A stretch of DNA of 64,000 nt, from assembly GCF_964204645.1 (NCBI RefSeq), contig NC_134032.1, positions 9,536,275 to 9,600,274 of the forward strand, given 5' to 3'. The notes below the pieces were generated by a model. That model was not told the DNA's origin. It made no database searches and saw nothing but the letters and a program-made list of their open reading frames with translations. Of this stretch, positions 51,301 to 58,777 are shown piece after piece. This stretch comes from Tubulanus polymorphus. Its lineage: Eukaryota > Animalia > Nemertea. The position numbers and the translations under genes are program-made. Positions within the stretch are counted from its first letter, which is position 1. Each line of letters begins with the position of its first letter.

Positions 51301-54300
51301 TGATGCACCTTATCGGGGGTGTTTTAATGATCACAAACAGCGCTATAAATTTTTTCATATATATCGCGAATTTGAAGTCATTTCGCGACGAACTGGTGCG
51401 CATTGTGAAACTATGATTATATTCTAACGATGTATTAAGATGTTTAAAACCTCAAAACCACGTGCACAGTATTTGATTACCGAAACGACGGTATCAATGA
51501 CTGATCCAAGAGGTCAAGCGTATAGCATAGAAATAAAAATGAAAACAAGCCCAGAATAACCAAAGGCACAAAACCCGTAACAAGGTTCCGAAATCTATGC
51601 CGCACATTGCTACGCGTAATGGGCAACTGCCCATTCGTTTTCGCGTGCGTCACATGTGAAGAACGTTAAGGAGCATTTTGTCGGTTAATCCACGAGCAAT
51701 CATCTCAAGATGATCGTTCGTATAAGGGTTAATATACAGTCAACCTCCAAAACACCACCGTACTCTAAATACTGTGTAAATCCCAGACCAGCAATGTGAG
51801 CAGTTCAACCGTGAAAAAATCCGATAACATTTACTCGAATAAAATATTGTCTAATTTCATAGTTACATAATAGCTTTACTGACCACTGGGATGTGCGTTG
51901 GATGATATTGGTGGTAAAAGTTACTATACATGATGAGCGACTTGTTATCGAGGGCACTAACTATTCTATAAAATGATTAAGAGAGATGGTTCGAAATGAA
52001 TAATACTCCTTCCCGTTTAAAGTAAATCGATTTCGCTAGAAATAGGGATTTTAATGCATAAACTCTGCGTTTACGAAACTGGTTTGGTTACCAATTAGAT
52101 TCGCTGTTAAGAAGTGCTAGCTAATGGGTAATCGGAGAAGGTTCCAAAAAAATCACACTGGAATAGAAAGCATTAGCCTCTGGAACATGACAGTTACTGG
52201 AACAAACTCGACGGACGATGTCACAAGTCACGTGTTTCAATCTCGTACGTGGCAGAACGTCGTTTGGTACGCGTTCAATGTTTACATCTATTTCTGGATG
52301 GTGACTGGCGTTGCGGGGGGTTTACTGTCCATAGTCGTCTTGTTCCGTCTGCGTTACACGTTAGACGCGTGCACCTTCCAGTATCTGGTACCGCTATGTT
52401 TTTGCGATTCGATTTTCGTCATCACTTTTTCTTTGAAGTCTCTGGAACGAATTCACATCGTGACCGGCAATTCTCGTGGTCAGTACGTATTCTACGCCGT
52501 TAATGAAGTCACGTGCAAACTGGGTATGGCGCTGATAAATTTCGGAATCAAAAGCTCTTCGTGGATTCTGTTGTGTTTTGCCGTAGAGCGCAGTTTAGCG
52601 GTGCTGATTCCTTTGCACATCGGGAGGCTGGTGACCCGGGCTCGACGCCGAAATCTTGTTATATCGGTTCTTTTTTACTACGCTCTAACGGAAGGCGCGC
52701 AGGGTTACACCAACCACGTTAAGACCATCGGACATGGCTTAAAAAACTGCCAAATAAACACCGTTTCAGAAATCATGACACGAATAATCTTAATCTATTC
52801 CTTCCTAACCATGACTATACTTCCTTGGATTGGTTTGATATTTTCGACGGTTGTGATCAGTATTCAGTTCACCAGACGAGATGTCCAGTTCAAAAACACG
52901 AACATTTCTGATCAGGAACGCAGATGCGTACGCAATCTGATTTGCATAATCGTTGCCTTTTTCGTATTGAATGCACCGAATACTGTACATATCTTGGTCG
53001 CCTATACAAGTGACAAACTGAAGCACCTGCTACCTCAAATAAGACATTTAATAACCCTTATCGGGACCGTTTTAATGATCACAAATAGTGCTGTAAATTT
53101 TTTCATATACATCGTGAATTTGAAGTCATTTCGAGAAGAACTGGTGCGCGTAGTGAAACTACGACGAAAGTGAATCGGTTAGACCAGGTTTTTAGTCGAC
53201 GTCGTCCTCGTCATAAAAAATATGTTGAAAAATAGACGTTTTTGCATTTTGATTCAACTCCCCTAAATTCATATTTGATCGTGGTAAAATGACACAATAC
53301 TTGATATTGATAGAAATGACGCTACATCTCGTGAAAACGTGTCTGATATTTAGTGTCTAGTGTCTAGTGTTTGATGTTGCCACTGAAAAGTGAAAGTGGA
53401 ATTACGCGCACTCACCGGGAATCGAACCCGGGTCTTGCACATAGAAAGCAAGCGGGCTAACTAGAAGACCGAAAGAGCTAGTGCACCTGGCCAGTGGTAC
53501 AGCTTGTCCAAAACCCTTCATCCAGCCCTGGAGGTGGTTGTATCGACAGCGATCTCCGTCGCTCTACGATCTTATCGTACCCATCTGTGATAAGATCAGG
53601 CGCTATAAGGTTCTCGGTGAATTTGGCCCAAGCTATGATTACTGAAAAATAATTATATTCTTGTTTTTCGTTGAATGAACGCAGGAATTACGAAGAGCTT
53701 CGTTGCGAGGGTCTCGACAAATTGATCAAGAGCCGTCTGCGAGCAGGGGAGAAAATCGCTTTTACCGTACGGCAAAATGATGGAACGTGTGATCGTGTTA
53801 CACGATTTAAACGTCACGGCTCCGTTCATTGAAGACGTCGCCATAGCTGACGATTCACTTTGAAGTGAAAATGAAAACAAACCCAAAAATAACCTAAGGC
53901 AAAAAACCGTATCAAGGTTTCGAGTTCTACGCCGCACATACGACTGTCCCTTCGTTTTCGCGTGTGCCACATGTGAAGAACGTTTAGGAGCATTTCTAAT
54001 CATCGGTTGATACGCAGTCAACCTGCGACACACCATCGTACTCTCAATACTGCCGAAATCCTACATCATCAATGTGGACAGTGTATCGGGGTTAGGCTGT
54101 GATGTAATCCGATAACTTTTACCCAAATAGAAAATTGTCTAATTTCATAATTACATCACAGATTTGCTGGCCACTTGGAAGTCCGTAGGATGAGGAGGGT
54201 GGTAAAATATAGCAGGGTTTAGTAGAGTTTTACGTCCCCAACTGCAAATAACAGTTAGTATATCCCAATAAGTGGGTCTTAAGAGACGGCCAGGGCCTTT

Positions 54301-57300
54301 TTTATAGGTTGTTATCACTACTCACAACCTGACTAAGTTAGCAGAGCTTAGTCCATGTATGTGCACGGACAACTAACACCAGAGTGGGTTTCGGACCAGG
54401 GATCTCTTGGTTCCCAGTCCTCGACTGGGCACTTACCATTCTACAAATGATTAAGAGAGATAGTCTGGTTCGAAATGAATAATAATCTATGTATCTCCCC
54501 ACTAAAGTGTAAATCTATTTCGCTAGAAATGCTTTTTCGCTTTTAAATACATAAACTCTGCGTTTTCGAAACTGGTTTGGTTACCAATTAGATTCGCCGT
54601 TAAGAAGTGCTAGCTCAAGGGTAATGGAAGAAGGTTTTAAAACATTGACGTAATTAATAGTGACGTACACTGGAATAGTTAGCATTAGCCTCAGGAAGAT
54701 GACAGTTACTCGAACAAACTCGACGGACGATGTCACAAGTTACGTGTTTCAATCTCGTACGTGGCAGAACGGTGTTTGGTACGCGTTCAATGTTTACATC
54801 TATTTCTGGATGGTGACCGGTGTTACCGGGGGTTTACTGTCCATAGTCGTCTTGTTTCGTCTGCGTCGCACGTTAGACGCGTGCACCTTCCAGTATCTGG
54901 TACCGCTATGTTTTTCGGATTCTATTTTCGTTATGACTTATTCGCTGAAGTCTCTGGAACGAATTCGCATCGTGACCGGCAATTCTCATGATCAGTACGT
55001 ATTCTACGCCGTTAATGAAGTCACGTGCAAACTGGGTATGGTGCTCATCAATTTCGGAATCAAAAGCTCGTCGTGGATTCTGTTGTGTTTTGCCGTGGAA
55101 CGCAGTTTAGCGGTACTGATTCCTTTGCGCATCAGGAGATTGGTGACCCGGGTTCGACGCCGGAATCTAATTATATCGGTTCTTCTTTACTACGCCGTAA
55201 CGGAAGGCGCTCAGGGAATCACCTTCCATGTTAAAACCCTCGGACATGGCTTAAAAAACTGCCAAACAAACACCGTTTCAGAAATTATGACACGAATAAT
55301 TATAATCTATTCCTTCTTAACCATGACTATAATTCCTTGGATTGGTTTGATATTTTCGACGGTTGTAATAAGTATTCAGTTCACAAAACGAGATGTCCAG
55401 TTCAAAAACACTAACATTTCCGAACAGGAACGCAGATGCGTACGAAATCTAATTTGCATAATCGTTGCCTTTTTCGTATTGAACGCGCCGAATACTGTAC
55501 TCAGCTTGGTTAACTATACAAGTGACAAACTGAAGCACCTGCTCCCTCAAATAAAGCATTTAATAAACCTTATCGGGGCCGTTTTTATGATCACAAATAG
55601 TGCTGTAAACTTTTTCATATATATCGTGAATTTGAAATCCTTTCGAGACGATTTGGTGCGCGTAGTGAAACTACGACGAAAGTGAATCGGTTAGACCAGG
55701 ATTTGAGACGACGTCGTCCTCGTCATAAAAAAGATGTTGAAAATTAGAGGTTTTTGCATTTTGATTCAACTCCCCTAAATTCATATTTGATCGTGGTAAA
55801 ATGATACAATTCTTGATATTGATAGAAATGACGCTACATCTCGTGAACAAGTGTCTGATATTTAGTGTCTAGTGTCTAGTGTCTGATGTTGTCACTGGGT
55901 GGGTGGTCTAGGAGTCTCGCGTTATCACGCATGCATGGCCGCTTCGTGAATATGGCAATGGCTCTTATTAATGATTGAGAAAAGTGACAGTGGAATTACT
56001 CGCACTCACCGGGAATCGAACCCGGGTCTTGCACGTAGAAAGCAAGTGGGCTAACCAGAAGGCCGAAAGAGCTAGTGCACTTGGCTAGTGGTGCAGCTTA
56101 TCCATAACCTTCACCTAGTCCTGGAAGTGGTTGCATCCACAGTGATCTCCGTTGCTCTACGGTTTAAGCGTACCCAGCTGTGGTAAGATCAGGCACTAAG
56201 GTTCTCGGTGAAATTGGCCCAAGCTGTGATTACTGAAAAAAATTCTATTCTTGTTCTTCGTTGAATGAACGCAGGAATTACGAAGAGCTTCGTTGCGAGG
56301 GTCTCGACGAATTGATCAAGAGCCGTCTGCGAGCAGGGGAGAAAATCGCCTTACCTTACGGCAAAATGATGGAACATCTGATCATGTTACACGATTCAAA
56401 CGTCACGGCTCCGTTTATCGAAGACTTGGTCGCCATAGCTGACGATTCACTTCGAAATATCAGGCATGTCTGAAAAAATAAATCGCAAAATCAGATTACA
56501 AGGTTGTTCTAAAACATCGAAATTTTCAACGTGTATCTAAAATTTGAAATCATTTTTTAAATCTTTGTCTTGTAAAATGTAAAATAGAAATATGAAATCG
56601 CTGAATGAAGTGATTAGATTCAAAATCTAAGAATTCTGTTTTCTAATGATAGCTGAATCGTAGAATATAACTTCTAACATATTAGCTCAACTTTCTCCAA
56701 TAATACTCTCGGTTTTGTCATTAGTTTAAATCTTGATTCGCCGGTGGTCGTGTTGGGAGACGCCTCCGCATCGATGGAAGTGGCCATCAGAACAGCGACG
56801 ATCATTTCGAGCCTTTTGACCGCCGTGTGCTCGGCGAAACTTGTGTTCTTCAACACAGTCAACATGGAGCCTCCTTTCCTACCGAAAACCATCGCCGAGG
56901 TTAGTGCGTTACCGCCTAGATACGGGATCTGGACGAATAGCTATATCTTTAGATCCTATAAGTTAAGCTCTCTTCGTATGCGAAGTGAATCAAGTCTCGG
57001 TACCTATCCCCTCAGAAAACCCGCTGATAGACCCTACAGACAATGTGCTGTTTGTACCCACCTTTCAGCCGATCTGTTGCATGAACCAATTTCAGACGCT
57101 CGCGGTTGTCTATCGAACACCCGTCAGAATATCTACGGTACAGTAAAACCCCTCGCACCGCCGTCTTATACACCCGTTCAGACAATCTAGGGCCGGTTGC
57201 TCAAAAGTTGGTTAAAGTTCCTAACCAACTTTTGACCAACCTGGCCCCTACTGTCTTAAACCCTTAAATCTATCGCCATCCTTACAAAAAATGATTGTCC

Positions 57301-58533
57301 CCGGTTTCCTATTCGACTCATTTATACTTAAGGCAAATCAGCAGAAATATGTATACTTGTTGATCCAAATGCCAATTTCAATACCGTGTACATTTGAAAA
57401 TCATTTCCAAAATATACATAGTACATTTGGAAATCATTTCCAAGATGCACATATCGGATCGTCCCGAATATGCCGATATACTGCGTGGAGGGGGGGGGGG
57501 AGGGTCGTATTGAAAACACTCATATATTCGAAATAGAACATTACGTAATTGTTTTGGTATCTGTTGTTCGTGGACAGGTTTTGAAACTAGCGATGCAAAT
57601 GAAGGCGTCCAGGGCGACGGCGCCGGCCGCCAGTCTCTATCCGTTTTACGAGCGGAAGGAAATCGTCAAGACGTTCATCCTCGTCACAGATGAAGAGGAA
57701 AACACGCTCTTCAAAGGATACAGGTATACATAATAGAATTATTCTATGATGTTGGTCTCCATAGGACTGGCATATTTAGAATTGATGAAAAACCCGTTGA
57801 GTCATTTTCAAAAATAAGCAAGCGCAGTTTCATCAATTGTATGAAATGATATGAATACGACACCAGTTTGTTGATACATAGAACGTATATAGAACGCTCA
57901 TATATAGAACGATTCAAGCGGTATTTTCTCAATTCTATCGATTCTGCGTGAGTGTATTCTATGATATACGTTAAACTCTTAATTTGACCGGACTACTGTT
58001 CGAGCTCGCCTTGAACAATTTCTATCCTTAGGCAGTGGTCACTTAAATTGATGATTAGCAATGTTACAGAGGTGCCACAACCACAATCTTGTCTATTAGA
58101 ATACAAATTCCTTTTATAAAAAAGACTTGCAGATCATATTTCTTGCCTACGGAGGTGATGCACATGATGGCCGAAGAAGTTTTTTCGTTAAATGTATTCC
58201 GATTTCATTCTTTTCTTGACTAGATTTACGCCGCTATTCCAAAAGTACCACGTGGAGGTCTACCCTGCCAGACTTGTGCTGGTGTCGTTTCTCAATCAGA
58301 ACGCCGTCGGTCAAATGTACAGCGAACTGGAGCCGGAATTTAAACCGATTCAGTTCAAATTCGATTCGCGACGACCGGACCTGAATAAATTGGGGAACAT
58401 GTTCGGACTACTGGCATCGTTCACGGAGGGTTTCGAGCAACGTTTGGCGCTGATCGAGGAGAAAATATGCGGCGACGGCGACGTAGGGAGAGCCGGGTAT
58501 GCGGCAGTTTTCAAACGGAAAGACCTTGTGTAG
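30342..58533 (+). CDS. Uncharacterised protein: helical TROVE-like N-terminal region plus C-terminal vWA domain (Ro60-like architecture), 9 coding exons
   Basis: Phase-compatible exons 30342-30504, 30569-30688, 31378-31640, 32270-32416, 32748-32974, 56275-56463, 56725-56899, 57578-57723, 58224-58533. MIDAS motif VVVLGDASASM plus FILVTDEEEN. The start codon and the TROVE label are less certain. Confidence 0.75.
31942..32178 (+). mobile_element. tRNA-derived SINE, interrupted by a 41-bp hairpin
   Basis: TAGCTCAGTGAG...GGGTTCG...CATAGGCCGTCCCGTCGTGAGGTT...AAAAACAAAC; same family as 25530-25735. Confidence 0.7.
33215..33400. repeat. (GAT/GGT)n low-complexity repeat
   Basis: Degenerate trinucleotide tract that produces spurious ORFs in three frames. 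Confidence 0.8.
33689..34920 (+). pseudogene. Intronless MFS (SLC16/MCT-like) transporter pseudogene
   Basis: Hydrophobic segments continue across frames: FGVIVNISSGTLLPVLSELQDGF, CGGLTFKYGNVYPFSLLGSLGFILN, LLGAKLFGFIVAKTKNYRWVYLIIY, LSFGLALVLVFP. Several frameshifts and stops. Confidence 0.55.
35897..36039 (+). pseudogene. 5' fragment of a fourth GPCR paralogue, broken by the Polinton
   Basis: ...CACGTGTTTCAATCTCGTACGTGGCAGAACGTTGTTTGGTACGCGTTCAATGTTTACATC matches 52230-52288 and stops exactly at the element's first base. Confidence 0.9.
36040..36342. repeat. Left TIR containing a 268-bp palindrome (arms 36040-36168 and 36179-36307, 10-nt loop TCACACGCTC)
   Basis: AGTAATAGGGGTAATAGGCTTTCAAGC...AAATTC / GAATAT...GCTTGAAAGCTTATTACCCCTATTACT. 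Confidence 0.93.
36404..37014 (-). pseudogene. A32/FtsK-like packaging ATPase, frameshifted
   Basis: Walker A GVTNCGKT, Walker B FIIDD. A 1-nt deletion at the SGRH motif (~36654) shifts the frame; the reading continues HFGITTWVLNQKYNSIVKDFRENIRF to TAA at 36404. Confidence 0.88.
37007..38092 (-). CDS. Retroviral-type (rve) integrase with C-terminal chromodomain, intact
   Basis: DDE residues in WQADLIDM, QFDEGKEF, IIERFNKT; chromodomain YKIEKVLK...VKYKGYDDKFNEWI. Confidence 0.95.
   Translation of the reverse strand: MKKEQYLRDLYYNPESEVSYSNVSELWNKIKSDNENIKYSELKSWLQNQPTYQIHKKMDKTYLTRKVMVSYIDQQWQADLIDMKNLEEYNKGYFWILNVIDIFSRYAWSIPIKNKTGIEVTNAFKSIFKEAIPDKIQFDEGKEFYNKHFKKLLSDNDVKYFSTHSDKKASIIERFNKTLKTRMWKYFTANETYKYIDVLDDLVKGYNNSKHSSINMKPIQARKEDNSEIVWNNLYGAFVTHDFGEPKFKIRQHVRISKYRKTFYKGYTPNFTEEIFKIKKIILTKPFVYKLEDLKDEEILGYFYEQELSLVPNPDEIEYKIEKVLKTKTLKGKKYSLVKYKGYDDKFNEWILSSKIKRINE
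38099..38500 (-). CDS. Element protein, basic N-terminus plus one TM helix
   Basis: 133 aa; hydrophobic YITIGLVTVIILSGVIY; TAAATG start. Confidence 0.75.
   Translation of the reverse strand: MSDGVKKKARSEKQIKWARELGKRSSELKKAKKKKLTDINESQKLSDIDSNNNPSNSSNAGSNYKLYITIGLVTVIILSGVIYKYKYKSDYNNNDSNDNRKLSYPCTDSKPIIPEKKSNHKVIETKSKLLLMD
38493..39095 (-). CDS. Element hypothetical protein with a C-terminal hydrophobic segment
   Basis: 200-aa ORF in AT-rich DNA; TAAATG start; overlaps the next gene. Confidence 0.8.
   Translation of the reverse strand: MSKKSNKNSIDIEKTLDDLGISDNKDTVVSNSIQVNNNIDYEYYLTCKHHLELLIAGGKSKEFLNRIITFQELDSMKPDKVIKYFKIYEEARLAKINDSISNGIVKCYSKLFNQLIPIDDENKLYSDLKNDYLVMTELQKWVGYASFQLGSVMTLISTGVITFSNIKPMEYKSGKNETDVLQPNVETENESEQKLTKINE
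39386..40063 (-). CDS. HNH endonuclease with N-terminal CxxC..CxxC zinc ribbon (NCLDV/phage type)
   Basis: KKCSKC...CCKTC, then LGCSDEFLKSWI..QFDDKMNIDNYG..YHIDHVLPISKF...WKNLRPL...ENIIKSNK. Confidence 0.85.
   Translation of the reverse strand: MEPEQPQTINITNNTGVISIYYKKCSKCELDKLALTEFSKRKISKDGFQYCCKTCTKLYTKQYREDNIEHYNYYMAEYMRERYQTDLNFRLKQCLRSRLTQLFNKETHSETLSNVLGCSDEFLKSWIIFQFDDKMNIDNYGDYYHIDHVLPISKFNMNDEYNKKLIWGWKNLRPLEKKENIIKSNKLDLQLYLEQLTKAKKFIDQWNNNPNNEQYVEEFDIKDPK
40394..41197 (-). CDS. Element hypothetical protein, acidic N-terminus, possibly 3'-truncated
   Basis: 267-aa ORF; TAAATG start; degraded coding-like sequence continues after the stop. Confidence 0.75.
   Translation of the reverse strand: MDVEGGEGFPLDPLDEPGISDEQPPDFDETSFNDGNDPEYNNNLNMPDYIKNAESQLDPENLDPYLVKEDLDNENKIAKLEDLIKKSKLNINDEDVGPLADQLIFLDNGKCYYHLKDDYYIAITHKNNKNKILTKSTLSDLDPDRIRRISNINDIEEYLTQTEMNKNREVFKQRINELFEIIKKKSETETTSEQNITSTNSKLKSNKVPIEKLLPNGLLDATDQELEDLDIFSDKAIREIISIRNASDKIAHDKSIRDFKIRTLGKE
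41214..42602 (-). CDS. Element hypothetical protein, 462 aa, C-terminal TM anchor
   Basis: Long ORF ending LALTCIGIVIGGILYFKF; no signal peptide; TAAATG start. Confidence 0.85.
   Translation of the reverse strand: MVDSFPKAFQYNKSIKYNIPAIDFNKDITYRNEVLDSLTNLEIYVTETNNFNAKMENIFHVYLINLKKLKDEKQWLLKSNMKYWQNQLDFAVYCAKTGCGISWNDHLNNSKYKLIQSLFRFHTYFQIRIILNELECALPGSRYFKELDNNINLSKFYKICNEFNIDINNSDFRTKIGTIRSLPCPKKVAEYCALPIPSNSFYNIYNNKLGYGKIETKDLETLNFNKLPKFYDHLKQENNNGCVYFILENSEGFTKSGIERINQSIRTYLICILGSQVETRSPIIGNLNTSFDTQKQFKVLFEDSIHNDKNRSIPENIIRYQNYLDKSHIRLNYCIGPNLLIISNDLVLKMGNIIGYNNLIKTATINNSFGLNDINKKIITAPKLMEGEKNKKHIQSTETKTNNIKLNNDSKIKDYNTSEDIKTDIIQHDIIKTNDDNKSHENTKLALTCIGIVIGGILYFKF
42619..43054 (-). pseudogene. 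Element membrane protein (hydrophobic hairpin), frameshifted in an A-run
   Basis: TAAATG start at 43054 (MEDKVDSIDIIP); +1 frameshift near 42935; continues IIYYLIISGSVTISSVITFLAIFSPLTPLAISIGVLGL. Confidence 0.7.
43074..43496 (-). CDS. Element protein with N-terminal hydrophobic helix, coiled coil and C-terminal TM
   Basis: MASAIITIIGSAIVNTLAFTGGGYLF ... IIWILGGTVIVIFVAY. Confidence 0.82.
   Translation of the reverse strand: MASAIITIIGSAIVNTLAFTGGGYLFKHIDQNSSLGEQRRHNLALEKYNKAAEEYREKRQNYMDYINKELYDLKISHRDFQSVDDAMSLYNAVTNKEKLHLYKPKLSDYYTPSKEQQKYEIIWILGGTVIVIFVAYKFTN
43522..43743 (-). CDS. Small hydrophobic element protein (73 aa)
   Basis: Two apolar segments; TAAATG start. Confidence 0.75.
   Translation of the reverse strand: MSDNKWIITGLYNGALLSVGTVGYSMVLKKVFKMGSVNVDRFDINDILKLTLAVTLSNLTIDYLEKQKYIPPI
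43744..44103 (-). CDS. Element hypothetical acidic protein (119 aa)
   Basis: TAAATG start; its stop abuts the next start. Confidence 0.7.
   Translation of the reverse strand: MNITVGPSICFGFDFKREKEMKFNVNDVITHIKNIAFSNETTFEYETTIDKETLNVEKITNLIRESLRFYELDEDFIIDDIKKIIIEIYDNHKSSNEINVELIINKLTKYFDDSNFFDK
44120..44864 (-). pseudogene. Minor capsid protein (penton/PX-like single jelly roll), split by a frameshift
   Basis: N-half IFVDSR...LKLVNISLCNSFYNVS; C-half FYIYCNLI...ILNILPL...FKLEIRNHNGYLIDLNNFPVIYELVI. The two ORFs are 1 nt out of frame at ~44465. Confidence 0.75.
44882..45235 (-). CDS. Small beta-rich protein, possibly an OB-fold ssDNA-binding protein
   Basis: FKKLTEL...YLIT...NNYGDKLVIHL...YLPDRF...FVYKG with an acidic/aromatic tail; adjacent to pPolB. 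The second Met (45235) is in TAAAATG context. Function is inference. Confidence 0.6.
   Translation of the reverse strand: MESKQAHSENNKSFLDRIKDTTNVKSVDYKFKKLTELTIHKTYLITNIDTVTNNYGDKLVIHLEYEGLKGNTYKFRTYLPDRFHRLSSEDLEELCSGDFYFVYKGKNEKGYHEIDFE
45269..49309 (-). pseudogene. Protein-primed family B DNA polymerase (pPolB), ~1346 codons with two in-frame TAA stops
   Basis: The three ORFs are in one frame, broken only by TAA at 47333-47335 and 46175-46177. N-terminal zinc fingers, NKCFLWAI/ENHY (vOTU-like), EndoVII-like VRDHDHLNGKFRGAAHENCN, Exo FHNLSGYD, Pol YIDANNLYG, KLMNNAFYGKT, YFDTDS. Confidence 0.95.
49355..49547. repeat. Right TIR, truncated in its outer palindrome arm
   Basis: Reverse complement of ~36150-36342, including the loop GAGCGTGTGA; only 19 bp of the outer arm remain. 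Confidence 0.92.
49552..49669 (+). pseudogene. 3' fragment of the disrupted GPCR paralogue
   Basis: CGAATACTGTACTCA...GTTTTAATGATCACAAACAGCGCTATAAAT...AAACTATGA matches 51229-51416 with an internal deletion. Confidence 0.9.
50376..51416 (+). CDS. Intronless class A GPCR, tandem copy 1
   Basis: 7TM; LCFSD, AVERS, LNAP, NSAINFFIY. Confidence 0.92.
   Translation: MGNRRRFQKNHTGIESISLWKMTVTGTNSTDDVTSHEFQSRTWQNVVWYAFNVYIYFWMVTGVTGGLLSIVVLFRLRRTLDACTFQYLVPLCFSDSIFVITYSLKSLERIRIVTGNSHDQYVFYAVNEVTCKLGMVLINFGIKSSSWILLCFAVERSLAVLIPLRIRRLVTRVRRRNLIISVLLYYAVTEGAQGITFHVKTLGHGLKNCQTNTVSEIMTRIIIIYSFLTMTIIPWISLIFSTVVISIQFTRRDVQFKNTNISEQERRCVRNLICIIVAFFVLNAPNTVLNLLDYTSEKLGHLPRQIEHLMHLIGGVLMITNSAINFFIYIANLKSFRDELVRIVKL
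52124..53173 (+). CDS. Intronless class A GPCR, tandem copy 2
   Basis: Paralogue of copy 1; flanking DNA is duplicated with a ~1748-bp period. Confidence 0.92.
   Translation: MGNRRRFQKNHTGIESISLWNMTVTGTNSTDDVTSHVFQSRTWQNVVWYAFNVYIYFWMVTGVAGGLLSIVVLFRLRYTLDACTFQYLVPLCFCDSIFVITFSLKSLERIHIVTGNSRGQYVFYAVNEVTCKLGMALINFGIKSSSWILLCFAVERSLAVLIPLHIGRLVTRARRRNLVISVLFYYALTEGAQGYTNHVKTIGHGLKNCQINTVSEIMTRIILIYSFLTMTILPWIGLIFSTVVISIQFTRRDVQFKNTNISDQERRCVRNLICIIVAFFVLNAPNTVHILVAYTSDKLKHLLPQIRHLITLIGTVLMITNSAVNFFIYIVNLKSFREELVRVVKLRRK
53405..53480 (-). mobile_element. tRNA-derived SINE head (duplicated at ~55998-56070)
   Basis: Reverse strand GACCCGGGTTCGATTCCCGGTGAGTGCG (B box/T-arm); D-arm degenerate. 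Confidence 0.55.
53685..53863 (+). pseudogene. Dead duplicate of host-gene exon 56275-56463
   Basis: Same acceptor and sequence, but a +1 T at ~53761, a 3-nt deletion, CGA>TGA and no donor site. Confidence 0.88.
54699..55685 (+). CDS. Intronless class A GPCR, tandem copy 3
   Basis: ATG 54699 (MTVTRTNST); 7TM; mosaic of copies 1 and 2. Confidence 0.92.
   Translation: MTVTRTNSTDDVTSYVFQSRTWQNGVWYAFNVYIYFWMVTGVTGGLLSIVVLFRLRRTLDACTFQYLVPLCFSDSIFVMTYSLKSLERIRIVTGNSHDQYVFYAVNEVTCKLGMVLINFGIKSSSWILLCFAVERSLAVLIPLRIRRLVTRVRRRNLIISVLLYYAVTEGAQGITFHVKTLGHGLKNCQTNTVSEIMTRIIIIYSFLTMTIIPWIGLIFSTVVISIQFTKRDVQFKNTNISEQERRCVRNLICIIVAFFVLNAPNTVLSLVNYTSDKLKHLLPQIKHLINLIGAVFMITNSAVNFFIYIVNLKSFRDDLVRVVKLRRK
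57189..57249. repeat. Short hairpin, MITE remnant
   Basis: AGGGCCGGTTGCTCAAAAGTTGGTTA ... TAACCAACTTTTGACCAACCTGGCCCCT. Confidence 0.6.
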
Positions 58534-58777
58534 ATCTGCCGCAGCCTATATTGAGCCGGTCCGAACTATCTATGCAGGATGTAAAACACTGAACTCTAAG
58601 ATGCTTATGGTCTGTTTTAGCGATGTATGCGCCTAATCCCCCAAATATTACTTGACTGATCCAAATCCTTTCAAATTCGGGGCTTGATGCAACAGAAAAA
58701 TGGATATGTATCAAAAGATTCGTGTACGTTTGTACCAACTGTTATGAAAAATTCGCTCAATGCTTCGACCATCTGTA

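Noticed and set aside
50501-55234. Repeated short ORFs MAERR... and MQTGY...
   Set aside because: Alternative-frame shadows of the duplicated GPCR genes.
53405-56070. Functional tRNA genes (also 28491-28556)
   Set aside because: Only the B box/T-arm is good; the D-arm and stems are degenerate, consistent with SINE heads.
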